Positions 28,366-38,467 of a DNA stretch of 61,972 nt are shown here, one piece after another. Position 1 is the first letter of the stretch; every line of letters starts with the position of its first letter. This DNA is from an uncultured Eubacteriales bacterium (GTDB lineage Bacteria > Acidobacteriota > Aminicenantia > Aminicenantales > Aminicenantaceae), in the NCBI GenBank assembly GCA_964550165.1, contig CAZJYC010000005.1:1-61972 (forward strand), written 5' to 3'. The position numbers were made by a program, and so were the translations under genes. The notes under the pieces were generated by a model. It saw only the letters and a program-made list of their open reading frames with translations, was not told the origin of the DNA and did not search any database.

Positions 28366-28932
28366 ATGGATTATCAAAACGTTATCGATGAATGGAGGCA
28401 GGTTGCCGGAGAATTCTTTGCGGCCAGAGGAGATCTTTTTGAAAAGGTGATAGGCCTCTCGGCCGAGAGCTTAAAAAAGGATCATAAGATTTTGATTTTT
28501 GGAAACGGAGGAAGCGCAGCCCAAGCCCAGCATTTTGCCGCCGAGCTTGTGAATAAATTCTTGAAGGAAAGGGCTCCCCTCCGGGCGATTTCTTTGACGA
28601 CAGATACATCTGCCTTGACTTCCATCGCCAACGACACCTCTTTTAATTTTGTTTTTAGCCGCCAGATAGAAGCTCTGGGCGACCGGGGAGATATCGCCGT
28701 CGGTCTTTCCACAAGCGGCACTTCGCCCAACGTGATCGAAGCCTTAAAAACCGCCAAGACAAGAGGCTTGTTCACCGTGGCCCTGACAGGAGAAGGAGGG
28801 GGGAAGCTCGGACCGTTGGCCGATTATCTCCTCGATGTGCCTTCCAAGAGCACGCCGAGGATTCAGGAGATTCATATCTTGCTCCTTCACCTTCTGGCTC
28901 AGGAAATAGAAAAAAGGATGCAGGCGGTTTAG
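28366..28932 (+). CDS. gmhA: SIS-domain sedoheptulose-7-phosphate isomerase (GmhA / DiaA-like)
   Basis: ILIFGNGGSAAQAQHFAAEL ... DIAVGLSTSGTSPNVIEALKTAKTRGLFTVALTGEGGGKL. Confidence 0.8.
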   Translation: MDYQNVIDEWRQVAGEFFAARGDLFEKVIGLSAESLKKDHKILIFGNGGSAAQAQHFAAELVNKFLKERAPLRAISLTTDTSALTSIANDTSFNFVFSRQIEALGDRGDIAVGLSTSGTSPNVIEALKTAKTRGLFTVALTGEGGGKLGPLADYLLDVPSKSTPRIQEIHILLLHLLAQEIEKRMQAV

Positions 28933-30752
28933 CGATAGCGTCCGAATCGCTCCCGCCGCGGCCTGGATTTGGATTCCCAGAATGTGGCTGGCTTCGCCTC
29001 CGAAGCAGGGCCTTCGGCAACAGCGACGTGAGATTTCCTTTCGCTTCTGTCGATACGGAAGGACCGCTCAGCCGCATAGAGGACTTCATCCCGGAGCCCT
29101 TCAGAAGCGATTTCTTCTGTGAACTTTCGCCTTCCGTCCACCAAGTCTTTGATATAGTGCTGGATTTGCTCCTCAGAATAGTACTTGCGTACATCCCATT
29201 CATCCATGCTTTTTCCTTCACAGGCCTTGATCGCCTTCGTCCCCAAAATACTTTTCTCGTAGTGGTTGGTCCCGCGCAGATCGCCACGCTGAATTTGAGC
29301 CATGAGAGGAATAGGGACGCGGGTCACTTTCCGCACCAGCCTCTTTTTCTTAGCGCCGCCTTCTTCGAATGTCTCGATGATTTCTCCCATGCCGCCTGTA
29401 TTGTACTGCATGAACTTGAGCTTATCCGGGTGGTTGCTGACCAGAGTCATGATGATTTCATAAAAGCGGTTGACTTTTTTTGCCCTGGAGCCGACGATGA
29501 AAGGGTCGGTTCCAACGGTGCGCACGGATTCTCCGGCCTTGTCGGGCTGGCTGGCGTAGCTGTGCGTGCTTTCCCCCCAGAGATAGGCTAACACGGCCTG
29601 CTCAGGAGTGAGCTCCTGGGCGAAGCTCATGATCGTGTTTCTTCGGGTGATAAAGGCGAAGATCAGGCCGTCCAGGTCCTCGAGCGGCGGCAGATTGATG
29701 GACTCTGAGTCAATTCCGACCATTTTTCCCTTGATGTTGACCTTGAGTTTTTTCCTTTGGATGACTGCTCTTCCGTTTGCCGTCAGGCTTTCGTCCAGGA
29801 AATCGACATCGCCGCTGGCTTTGATCATCACGTTTTCAAAAAGAGCGGATTTGTCGATTAAGGCATTGTACATCGCCTCCTGGTTTTCTTTTTCGACATC
29901 CGTCTTCACAAAGAAATTGTCTTCTGTTCCCAAGGCCGAACCATCTTTTCTCAAGAAGACGATATCATCCTGAGTGACGAGAGTTTTTTCGCCTCTTCCA
30001 TGGTCAAGCCCAAGCTGGTGGCAGGACCAGGTGGATTTTCCTGTGGCCGAAAGTCCGAAGAGGAAAACGCCGTAGGTTTTAAGCCTGTCGTTTTTGTCTC
30101 TGACCGTAACGATCTTTGTCCCGGCATGGAGGCCGAGCATGCCCCGCTCGTCAGCCGACCACATCGCCTGGCGGAGAAATCCCTTTTTGTCTTCGCCCAT
30201 ATAATCGGTGCCAAGGGCAATGTTGATGTGGCCTTCAGGGAGAGCAAGCACCTGCTGGCGGAGCTGATGCTCTTCGGGGATATGAATCATGATGAACTCC
30301 GGGCCAGGCCGCTTTCCGGGCTTGAATAGAGTTGTTCCCCACATGTATCCTAGCCGGTAGTTGATGGTGTCTGCTTCAGAGACATAGAGGTTACAGAAAG
30401 GGTTATGAGAGTCGTTGTCGCCCATCTGGCGCCGGATATGGTAAAAAGGAAGGGTGCGCAGCAGATGGAGCACCTTTTCCAGTTCCTCCGGCGCATTGGC
30501 AATCAAAGATTTCTGCAACTCTGAGGGGCGGGGCACCCTGACATATTCGCTTCCCAGGTAGACAGTCTTGGGTCCAATCCGGCTGGATATGGCCGATCTC
30601 CAGCCATAAGACCCGTTTTTTGCCCTGACTCCGGCGGCCTTGGCTTTGGATTCGAGCCAGTCAAGGTCCACGCTCTTGATGTTCGGTCCTTTCAGAGCGC
30701 TGGGGAGTTCTTCCCTGAATTTTTTGTATGCGGCTTCGTTATAAATGCTCAT
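28929..30752 (-). CDS. Divergent phosphoenolpyruvate carboxykinase (ATP)-like P-loop protein
   Basis: Kinase-1a-like GVFLFGLSATGKSTWS compares with PckA FFGLSGTGKTTLS. LTPEQAVLAYLWGESTHSYA compares with PckA LTPEQAMYHFLSGYTAK. The PckA Mn-binding His in IGDDEHGW is absent here (TQDDIVFL). Confidence 0.5.
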   Translation of the reverse strand: MSIYNEAAYKKFREELPSALKGPNIKSVDLDWLESKAKAAGVRAKNGSYGWRSAISSRIGPKTVYLGSEYVRVPRPSELQKSLIANAPEELEKVLHLLRTLPFYHIRRQMGDNDSHNPFCNLYVSEADTINYRLGYMWGTTLFKPGKRPGPEFIMIHIPEEHQLRQQVLALPEGHINIALGTDYMGEDKKGFLRQAMWSADERGMLGLHAGTKIVTVRDKNDRLKTYGVFLFGLSATGKSTWSCHQLGLDHGRGEKTLVTQDDIVFLRKDGSALGTEDNFFVKTDVEKENQEAMYNALIDKSALFENVMIKASGDVDFLDESLTANGRAVIQRKKLKVNIKGKMVGIDSESINLPPLEDLDGLIFAFITRRNTIMSFAQELTPEQAVLAYLWGESTHSYASQPDKAGESVRTVGTDPFIVGSRAKKVNRFYEIIMTLVSNHPDKLKFMQYNTGGMGEIIETFEEGGAKKKRLVRKVTRVPIPLMAQIQRGDLRGTNHYEKSILGTKAIKACEGKSMDEWDVRKYYSEEQIQHYIKDLVDGRRKFTEEIASEGLRDEVLYAAERSFRIDRSERKSHVAVAEGPASEAKPATFWESKSRPRRERFGRYR

Positions 30753-30779
30753 CGAAAAAACACATCCCTTCTTATCGAA

Positions 30780-33131
30780 CTATCCTTTCTTGGCCTCGCC
30801 GCTGACAATTTTTTTGATATCCTCGGCTGAGGCAACTCCGCTGTTAAACATATAGCATGTCGAGCTTTCAAGAAGCCTTTCGAAGAAATTCCTCTGCAAT
30901 TCCGCCCTTTCAGGGGTCTTCAGCAGAAGATGGGGATTATAAAAAGGCTGGCTCTTGGCCGGACTGAGGGTCTGTCTCATGCCTATGATTTCTCCGGATT
31001 CGAGAATGCGCAGTGCATCGTCTTTATCCATTTCCACAGAGGGCGGAGAAACAGTATCGGAGCGAAGAATGAATATCCAGCGCAGCGAAGTCCTTTTGAC
31101 ATGCTTGGCCGGCCCCTGGATCCAGTAAGGATCGAGAAGGGCATGGGCATCTTTAGATGCCTTGTAGCAGTAGGGTGAACCACGGTCAAGACGGCAGTCA
31201 TCAAGCCTGAGGCATTCGCTGTTCTGGCAGTCCTCCTTGCGGATGATGACATTCTCGCATTTGCTGTTGTCAAAAAGCGCTGCCAGACGGGCAAAGGATT
31301 CGACAGTGTTGGTCGGCAGGAAGAGCTTCCGTTCAACAGAATCGGCCAGGGCCGCGCCTCCCGAAAAGCGGACAAAGACCGTGTCGTTGGAGTGCAGACG
31401 GAATCGGTCATCCTCGAGGAGGGCAAAGAAGAGCTCAGTTTTTTTGGTGCCCTTGGGGCCGATGAGAACGAGCCCGTTTCCGTCGATATCGGCAGACATA
31501 CCCCTGACAGCGTAGACATTAAACAATCTTTCTGAGACATCCATCACAAGCCCCAGGGCCATGCTCCGCAGTGGAGAATAGTTGTCGGCGTTGACAAGAA
31601 TGCCTGTGTTCGTTTCTGTGTTGTAGTACGCGTGCGGTTCGCGGCCGGCAATGCCGTCAACGGCGTAGATGATGCCGTGCGGCTCTAAATCCGCTTCCAG
31701 TTGAGCCGGGTACCAGTTTTCCATCCAGAAATCGTTCAGATGGGCAATATTGGTCCGCAACTGAACGACAACACCGTTGATGTTGGCATTCCATTCAAAA
31801 TAGTTTTCGTAGCTGAGATGACTTTCCATTTCGGCCACCAGGGCGTCTTTCATCTTGAGCGAGATGCTGGAGTCCATGGGAACGGACTTTTTCCAGCGGG
31901 TTAGGGTGTTGTTCAGGGCAATACGCCTGACCTTTTTGGCCGTCTTGAGGCGGGAAAGGGCATCGATAATCCGGTCCATACCCTTCTCCAGGTTTTCCAT
32001 GGACGTGGCATAGGAGATGCGGATGTAATCGTCAGCGCCGAAGGCATCACCGGGAACGATGGCCACTCGTGCCTCTCTCAGAAGGTAGTAAGCCATTCCG
32101 TAGGAGTTTCGAATCTGGATATTGTTGAATTCTTTATCATAGTAATAGGAACAATTGGGGAAAAGATAGAATGCGCCCTGGGGCTTGAAGCAGGAAACAT
32201 GGGAAATAGTCTGAAGTCTCATTAAGAGATAATTCCTCCGTCTCTGGAATTCAGCCGTCATCCTGGAGACATCATACTGGGGTCCGGACAAGGCTTCCAG
32301 GCTTGCTTTTTGCGAGATGGAGCAGGGATTGGAGGTGGTATGGCTCTGGACTTTGGCCATGGTGTCGATGATTTCTGCCGGACCGGCCGCAAAGCCTATG
32401 CGCCACCCGGTCATGGAGTAGGATTTTGAGACCCCGCTGATGAGGATAGTCCTTTTTTTGATTTCCTCTCCCAAGGAAGGAAAACTCACAAAACGGAAGT
32501 CGTCGTAGATGATTTTGCTGTAAATTTCATCGGCGATAACGAGGATGTCCTCGTCGGGAATGATGTCAGCCAGGGCTTCCAGCTCGTGTTTTTGGTAAGC
32601 GGCACCTGTGGGATTGGCGGGGTTGTTGAGGATTAAGGCCTTGGTTGCGGGAGAAATAGCATCCTTGAGCTGGTCTGGGGTCAGGAGAAAGCCGTTTTCC
32701 TCCTTGGTCGGGATGATGACAGCTTTGCCTTTGGCCAGCGCCACAGCCTGAGGGTAGGTGACCCAGTAGGGTGCAGGGACGATGACTTCATCGCCTTCGT
32801 TGACAACGGACTGAATGAGGTGGAAGAGGGAGCTTTTTGCGCCCGTGGAGACGATGATTTCGTTCCTGGCATATCTCAGGCTAAAATCTTCACTGAGCCT
32901 GGTGATGATGGCTTCCTTCAGGGCTGGGATTCCCTCGGTTTCTGTGTATTTGGTGAAATTCTGCTCGATGGCCCGGATGCCAGCAGTTTTGATGTGTTCG
33001 GGCGTGGGGAAATCCGGCTCTCCAACGCTGAGGTCGACGACATCGATTCCTTCCGCCTTCATCGCTTTGGCTTTGGTTGTAATTTTGAGTGTCGGAGATG
33101 TGCCGATTTGATTAGCCTTTTCTGATATCAT
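30780..33131 (-). CDS. Fusion protein: class-I aspartate/aromatic aminotransferase (N-terminal, about 400 aa) plus a PEPCK/HprK-like P-loop domain (C-terminal, about 380 aa)
   Basis: N-terminus DLSVGEPDFPTPEHIK...SKSYSMTGWRIGFAAGP, with the PLP-Lys context. C-terminus ...GNGLVLIGPKGTKKTELFFALLEDDRFRLHSNDTVFV, whose layout parallels the kinase core of the neighbouring PEPCK-like protein (GVFLFGLSATGKSTWS...TQDDIVFL). Confidence 0.55.
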   Translation of the reverse strand: MISEKANQIGTSPTLKITTKAKAMKAEGIDVVDLSVGEPDFPTPEHIKTAGIRAIEQNFTKYTETEGIPALKEAIITRLSEDFSLRYARNEIIVSTGAKSSLFHLIQSVVNEGDEVIVPAPYWVTYPQAVALAKGKAVIIPTKEENGFLLTPDQLKDAISPATKALILNNPANPTGAAYQKHELEALADIIPDEDILVIADEIYSKIIYDDFRFVSFPSLGEEIKKRTILISGVSKSYSMTGWRIGFAAGPAEIIDTMAKVQSHTTSNPCSISQKASLEALSGPQYDVSRMTAEFQRRRNYLLMRLQTISHVSCFKPQGAFYLFPNCSYYYDKEFNNIQIRNSYGMAYYLLREARVAIVPGDAFGADDYIRISYATSMENLEKGMDRIIDALSRLKTAKKVRRIALNNTLTRWKKSVPMDSSISLKMKDALVAEMESHLSYENYFEWNANINGVVVQLRTNIAHLNDFWMENWYPAQLEADLEPHGIIYAVDGIAGREPHAYYNTETNTGILVNADNYSPLRSMALGLVMDVSERLFNVYAVRGMSADIDGNGLVLIGPKGTKKTELFFALLEDDRFRLHSNDTVFVRFSGGAALADSVERKLFLPTNTVESFARLAALFDNSKCENVIIRKEDCQNSECLRLDDCRLDRGSPYCYKASKDAHALLDPYWIQGPAKHVKRTSLRWIFILRSDTVSPPSVEMDKDDALRILESGEIIGMRQTLSPAKSQPFYNPHLLLKTPERAELQRNFFERLLESSTCYMFNSGVASAEDIKKIVSGEAKKG

Positions 33132-33157
33132 GACTGACCTGCTTTTTTAAGGAATGG

Positions 33158-34564
33158 TTATTTCTCTTCTTTTTCTTCAGGAGAGAATTTGTCTTTGAGA
33201 TATTTCTTCAAGTCCACTCCGGTCAGGGACTTGACAACTTCGGGCATTTGAGCCAGAACTTCTGCCACCTGGGAGGTGATTTTGGTCGTTCCTAAATTTT
33301 TATCCCCTCCGACGACGACAATTTTATCTACTTTGGACAGAGGCTCGGAGATGGCTCTAGCCAAATCAGGGAGTATCTTGAGGTACATTTCAAAAAGAGC
33401 GGCCTGGTTGTATTTCTGCCAGGCGTCAGCCTTTTTCATCATCGCCTCAGCCTCAGCCAGGCCTTTTTGCTTGAGCTCCTCTGCGGCAGCCTCGCCCTCA
33501 AGTTTCAGCGCCTCGGCTTTCCCTTTGGCCTCAGCCAATATGCGGTATTCTTCAGCTTCTGCCTCGGCCTTGAGCTGGTATTTCCGGGCATCGGCTGGCT
33601 TGACGACCGTGGATTCGAGCTCTTTCTGTTTGCGGGCAATTTCCAATTCCTCAATCTTTATCGCCTGTTCTCTCTCGATAAGCATGACCTTGGCTTCTTC
33701 CTTCTTGATGTCCTGGGACATTCTGAAACGCTCGAGTTCGTAAGAGAGGTCTGCCTGAGCCTTTTTCTGGTTGACTGCAACCTGTGATTCGGCTTTTTTG
33801 CCTTCATTCTCCCACTGGGCTTTGGCGATCAGAGCTTCTGCCGCAAGCTTGGCAACCTCTGCTTCTTTGCGGGCCTGAGACGATTTGATCGTGGCTTCCT
33901 TCTGAGTCTCGGCTTCTGCGATCGCCGCATCGCGCTTGGCCGCAACGATTTGAGGCTTGCCGAGGGCATCCAGGTACCCTTGCGTATCGCTAATGTCTTT
34001 GAGGGCAAAGGACATCATGGTCAAGCCCATTCGGGAAAAGTCCTTCAGGGTTGCCTCTGTGACCTTAGCCGAAAATTCTCCTCTTTTCCTATAAATATCG
34101 TCTGCGGTCATGTTGCCGATGACCTCCCGCATTTTTCCCTCGAGGATGGTCACCGAAACGTCCCTGATCCCTTCCTTTCCCAAACCTAAGAATTGCTCTG
34201 CAGCCAATCGGATGGAATGGTCGGAGGAGTCGATCTTGACCTGGGCTGTGGCTTCAGCCATGATGGGCACACCGCCATTGGTCAGTACTTCAGGAGTCTT
34301 GATATTCAGGGTGATGACTTCCATAGGCAGGAAGTTGACGACTTCGAGGAAAGGCAGGACAAAAGTTCCACCGCCGAGACGATAGCGGTAGCCGATTTTT
34401 CTTTTTGTGCCATCCGGCTCGATGACAGTCCTTTTTCTTCCGCCGGAAATAATAAGGACTTCATTGGGGCCAACTTTCCGGTATTGTTTGGCCAAGAGAA
34501 GAATGACCAGGGCTAAGACAACGACTATGATGCCTATTATGACGAGTTGAGTGATGAGGGCCAT
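33158..34564 (-). CDS. floT: Flotillin-like SPFH/band-7 protein with a long coiled coil
   Basis: N-terminal TM MALITQLVIIGIIVVVLALVILLLA. SPFH domain. Ala/Glu/Lys-rich coiled-coil heptads. Start taken at the ATG at 34564, preceded by AAGGAGGTG. Confidence 0.8.
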   Translation of the reverse strand: MALITQLVIIGIIVVVLALVILLLAKQYRKVGPNEVLIISGGRKRTVIEPDGTKRKIGYRYRLGGGTFVLPFLEVVNFLPMEVITLNIKTPEVLTNGGVPIMAEATAQVKIDSSDHSIRLAAEQFLGLGKEGIRDVSVTILEGKMREVIGNMTADDIYRKRGEFSAKVTEATLKDFSRMGLTMMSFALKDISDTQGYLDALGKPQIVAAKRDAAIAEAETQKEATIKSSQARKEAEVAKLAAEALIAKAQWENEGKKAESQVAVNQKKAQADLSYELERFRMSQDIKKEEAKVMLIEREQAIKIEELEIARKQKELESTVVKPADARKYQLKAEAEAEEYRILAEAKGKAEALKLEGEAAAEELKQKGLAEAEAMMKKADAWQKYNQAALFEMYLKILPDLARAISEPLSKVDKIVVVGGDKNLGTTKITSQVAEVLAQMPEVVKSLTGVDLKKYLKDKFSPEEKEEK

Positions 34565-34832
34565 CGCCACCTCCTTGGAATCCTCCTCTTTAAAGGGAGG
34601 ACTCAAATATGAGAATCACCATTATAATTATTTATTTTCTTTTTTTAAAGACCTTTTCCTGGGCGAATAACATGTTCTTTTCGATATGGAAAATCATGTT
34701 AAGGATCTCGGAGTTTCGAATGACTCCTTACATAACTCAGGATTGAAGTTTTCTGGAGGATTGGGTCTTCGCTTACGGCAACAGTCATTCTTGGACATGG
34801 AAAATGGAGATGTCCCAAGAGATCGGTGTTGG

Positions 34833-35777
34833 CTATCTTTTTTTCAGGCTCAACTTTTTTTGGAAATAATCGATTGTTTTCAGCAGGCCCTCCTCGAGGC
34901 CTGTTTTTGGAAGCCAGCCGAGTTTTTCTCTGGCCAGGGTGATGTCAGGGCAGCGCCGGATAGGGTCATCGGGGGGCAGCGGATTGTGGGCAATCTTCGA
35001 GGAGCTTTTTGTGAGCTCGATGATTTTTATGGCCAATGAGAGCACTGTGATTTCATCCGCGCTGCCTAAATTCACAGGCCCTGTAACGTCCTCTGTACCC
35101 ATCATTTTGATCAGAGCCTGAACCATATCAGAAACATAGCAGAAAGACCGGGTCTGACTTCCCTCTCCGTAAACGGTCAGGGGCTCTCCTCTTAAAGCCT
35201 GGACGATGAAGTTGCTGACAGCTCTTCCGTCGTCGATGGCCATCCGGGGGCCGTAGGTGTTGAAAATCCTCGCGATTCTGATGTCCACCTTGTTCTGGCG
35301 GTGATAATCCATCATCAACGTCTCAGCGGCTCTTTTCCCCTCATCATAGCAACTTCGGAATCCGACCGGATTGACATTGCCCCAGTAAGTTTCCGGTTGA
35401 GGATGAACTTTTGGGTTGCCGTAGATCTCGGAGGAGGACGCGAACAGGATACGGGCCTTTGTCCTTTTAGCCAAGCCCAGCATGTTGACCGTGCCCATGA
35501 CGTTGGTTTTGACCGTTTTGATCGCGTTGTCCTGATAATGGATGGGCGAAGCTGGACAGGCAAGGTGGTAGACTTGATCGACTTCAACAAAGAGCGGGTG
35601 GATGATGTCATGGCGGATTGCTTCGAAATGGAGAATGGGGATGAGATGGCGGATGTTATCCTTGCTTCCAGAAAAAAAATTATCGACGGAGATGATGTCT
35701 TCGCCCTTTTCGAGCAGAGCTTCACAAAGATGGCTGCCCAGGAATCCAGCCCCTCCTGTGACCAGAATGCGGCTCAT
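34833..35777 (-). CDS. NAD-dependent UDP-glucuronate decarboxylase (UDP-xylose synthase)-like short-chain dehydrogenase
   Basis: [39 protein letters not shown] Rossmann N-terminus typical of UXS/ArnA-C. YxxxK present ([10 protein letters not shown]). Confidence 0.75.
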   Translation of the reverse strand: MSRILVTGGAGFLGSHLCEALLEKGEDIISVDNFFSGSKDNIRHLIPILHFEAIRHDIIHPLFVEVDQVYHLACPASPIHYQDNAIKTVKTNVMGTVNMLGLAKRTKARILFASSSEIYGNPKVHPQPETYWGNVNPVGFRSCYDEGKRAAETLMMDYHRQNKVDIRIARIFNTYGPRMAIDDGRAVSNFIVQALRGEPLTVYGEGSQTRSFCYVSDMVQALIKMMGTEDVTGPVNLGSADEITVLSLAIKIIELTKSSSKIAHNPLPPDDPIRRCPDITLAREKLGWLPKTGLEEGLLKTIDYFQKKLSLKKR

Positions 35778-35792
35778 CTCTTTCTTTCCGTC

Positions 35793-36536
35793 TTATCTGT
35801 AAGCCATGAAAAGCAGACTCTTTTTCTTGAGGATGTCTCTCTGAATCTGGATAATTTCCTTGATTCCTTTATCTGCCAGGGTGAGGAGAGTCGAAAGATC
35901 TTTTCTCGAGAAAGGATTTTTCTCTGCTGCGACCTGGACTTCCACCAGCTGCCCTCTCTCTGTTTCAACGACATTCATATCGATCTCCGCTCTTGAGTCC
36001 TCAGCGTAGTCGAGGTCAAGGAACGGTTGTCCATCGACTATGCCTACGCTGACTCCAGAGACCAGATGTTTGAGGGGCATCTGGTCGATCGTTTTTTCGT
36101 CCAGCATCTTTTTCAGGGCCAGAGCCAGAGCCACGCAGGCTGATGTGATCGAGGCCGTGCGTGTTCCCCCGTCAGCCTGGATGACATCACAGTCTAGGAT
36201 GATCGACCTCTCGCCCAGGACGATGAGGTCGGTCACAGCGCGAAGGGAGCGCCCGATCAGGCGTTGAATCTCCTGGCTCCGGCCGGAAAGACGGGTGAGC
36301 GACCTTTCGCGGACTGTTCTTTTTTCCGTGGAGCGGGGAAGCATGGAGTATTCTGCTGTGATCCAACCTGCTCTGCTGTTTTTGAGAAAGGGAGGGACTT
36401 TGTCTTCGATGGTGGCTGCGGCAACGACCCTGGTTTTGCCGATTTCGATGAGGGCTGAGCCGTCAGCAAAATCCAGATAATCCGGCTTGATCTTTATCGG
36501 CCTGAGTTCGTCGAAAGCGCGGTTGTCGTCTCTCAT
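35793..36536 (-). CDS. rph: Ribonuclease PH
   Basis: MRDDNRAFDELRPIKIKPDYLDFADGSALIEIGKTRVVAAATIED. ATGA overlap with the lpxL stop. Confidence 0.85.
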   Translation of the reverse strand: MRDDNRAFDELRPIKIKPDYLDFADGSALIEIGKTRVVAAATIEDKVPPFLKNSRAGWITAEYSMLPRSTEKRTVRERSLTRLSGRSQEIQRLIGRSLRAVTDLIVLGERSIILDCDVIQADGGTRTASITSACVALALALKKMLDEKTIDQMPLKHLVSGVSVGIVDGQPFLDLDYAEDSRAEIDMNVVETERGQLVEVQVAAEKNPFSRKDLSTLLTLADKGIKEIIQIQRDILKKKSLLFMAYR

Positions 36537-37441
36537 CGTTTGCTTTCTTCCTTTGGCCTCGTTCTCCATCGGTTGTGAAACCAAAGCCAATAGTCAGGTT
36601 TTCTGCGAATTTGAGCTTCTATGATATTAGTGCATGTCTGAGTGATTTTCAATACCTGATCTTGGTCTTTTTCTGGGAGGATCTCCAGGGGACTTAGGAT
36701 TTGGATACGATAGGTCTTGGCTGAGGTCGGACAGCAAAAGGCGGGGATAAGAGGAGATTTTGTCCTGAGATAGAATGCGGCCAAAGCCGGCGTTGTGGCC
36801 GCTTTCTTGCCGAAGAAATCGACAAAGACGGCCTGCTGTCTGAGAACGTTCTGGTCGATCAAAAAAACAACCATTTCCTTGGCCCGGAGCGCCTGAAGAA
36901 CCTTTTTTGTCGCCTGAAGCTTGTAGATAACCTTTGCTCCCAAACCTGTCCTGAGCTTGAAAAGTTCTTTTTCAAGGAGCCTATTATCCAGCGGCCGGGC
37001 GACCACACTGAATTCGCCCTTTTTGGATAGAAAGTGTTGAGCAACTTCCCAGTTTCCATAATGCGCTGAAAAAAGAAGGGCACCTCTTTTTTCCTGAAGC
37101 GCTTTGTCGAGGTAATCTTCGCCCTCGACATCGATGAGTCCATTCTTTTTTTCTTCGTCAAGGCAAGGGAACTTGATGCCCTCCGCAAGAAACTCGCCGA
37201 AATGCCTGAAAGAGTTCTTGGCAATTTTTTTCTGCTCGGAGACGGAGAGTTCTGCACCAAAGGCTATGCTCAGGTTAGAGAGAGCGATCCGCCGATGTTT
37301 TTTATCCAGGTGGTAAAAAATGAGGCCCAGAGACCGGCCCAGGGAAAGGCATATCTTTCGGGGAAGAACGGCAAACAGAGCTCTAACGGGTTTGAAAACC
37401 CAGTATACCGTTCGTTCCCTGAATCCCGGCATCTCAGGCAC
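36533..37441 (-). CDS. lpxL: Lipid A biosynthesis (Kdo2-lipid IVA) lauroyl/myristoyl acyltransferase, LpxL/HtrB family
   Basis: Family motif FSAHYGNWEVAQHF (HxGNWE). 302 aa. Directly downstream of lpxK. Confidence 0.75.
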   Translation of the reverse strand: MPEMPGFRERTVYWVFKPVRALFAVLPRKICLSLGRSLGLIFYHLDKKHRRIALSNLSIAFGAELSVSEQKKIAKNSFRHFGEFLAEGIKFPCLDEEKKNGLIDVEGEDYLDKALQEKRGALLFSAHYGNWEVAQHFLSKKGEFSVVARPLDNRLLEKELFKLRTGLGAKVIYKLQATKKVLQALRAKEMVVFLIDQNVLRQQAVFVDFFGKKAATTPALAAFYLRTKSPLIPAFCCPTSAKTYRIQILSPLEILPEKDQDQVLKITQTCTNIIEAQIRRKPDYWLWFHNRWRTRPKEESKR

Positions 37442-38447
37442 TTATACCTCTGTTCTGGAGCAGGCGAACGAACTCTGGATAGAATTCGTGATCCAGGTCA
37501 AGGGCGATCTTCAAATAATAGAAAGGGAGGTCTTTAAACTTATCTTTGTCAGCGAGCTTGACCGCGTCTTTCTCGGTGGTGATGATCGCCCCGGCTTGAG
37601 TATTTTGGTATATATCTTTGATTTTCTTAACAGAGGACGGCGGATAAGAATGATGATCAGCGAATTTCAGGAAGGCGAGCGGCTGAAGGCCCTCCTTCTG
37701 GAGTGTGGAGCGAAACCGTTCGGGCTGAGCTATGGCGCAGAAAGCTAAATTTTTTTTCTCCCGGAATTTTTCGACCTGTATCATCTCTTCTTGCCCTACC
37801 TTGAAAAGCCCTGCGCTTCGCACGGAGTATTCGAGAGTGCAGATTTTCGGAAAGCGCTGCTTTATGTTTTGGGAATTCGCGCCTTTTTTTATAAGGAGAA
37901 TATGAGCTCTTTTCAGGGAAGTGACGTGTTCGCGCAGGGCAATCGTCTCGTCCGGGTCATAGAGGACAATGTCCAGGTCACGGTGAAGGCGCCGATGCTG
38001 AAAGCCGTCGTCGAGCACAGCGATGCCAAAACCGGATTGCGCGGCTCTGCGGCAAGAGACAAGGCGGTTCTTGCCGATAAAGATTCCGGCAGACGGAATA
38101 TTCTGGGCCACCAGAAAAGGCTCGTCTCCTGAATCCAGCCAGCTTCCAAAGATATTTTTTCCGTCGGAAAGAACGCCCCCCTTTTTTTCCCACTTGCCTT
38201 TGTATCCTCGGGAAACAAGGGCTGGCTTGAAGCCGCGCTGGGCGAGAAACGAGATTAAGTTTACGACCATGGGGGTTTTTTCCGTTCCGCCAAAGGCGAT
38301 GTTCCCGACACTGATGACCGGAAGCGGAGCTTTTTGAGGCGTGAGAAATTTCCGATTGTATAGCCAATTTTTTAACTGGCATCCTGTGCGGTAAGGAAAA
38401 GAGAGTAAGAAGAAAAGAAACTTCATCCTCTGGCGACTATACACCAT
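37434..38447 (-). CDS. lpxK: Tetraacyldisaccharide 4'-kinase
   Basis: PVISVGNIAFGGTEKTPMVVNLISFLAQRG...VSRGYKGK P-loop region typical of LpxK. Confidence 0.85.
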   Translation of the reverse strand: MVYSRQRMKFLFFLLSFPYRTGCQLKNWLYNRKFLTPQKAPLPVISVGNIAFGGTEKTPMVVNLISFLAQRGFKPALVSRGYKGKWEKKGGVLSDGKNIFGSWLDSGDEPFLVAQNIPSAGIFIGKNRLVSCRRAAQSGFGIAVLDDGFQHRRLHRDLDIVLYDPDETIALREHVTSLKRAHILLIKKGANSQNIKQRFPKICTLEYSVRSAGLFKVGQEEMIQVEKFREKKNLAFCAIAQPERFRSTLQKEGLQPLAFLKFADHHSYPPSSVKKIKDIYQNTQAGAIITTEKDAVKLADKDKFKDLPFYYLKIALDLDHEFYPEFVRLLQNRGISA

Positions 38448-38467
38448 TCAATTTTCTCTTTCAAGGT

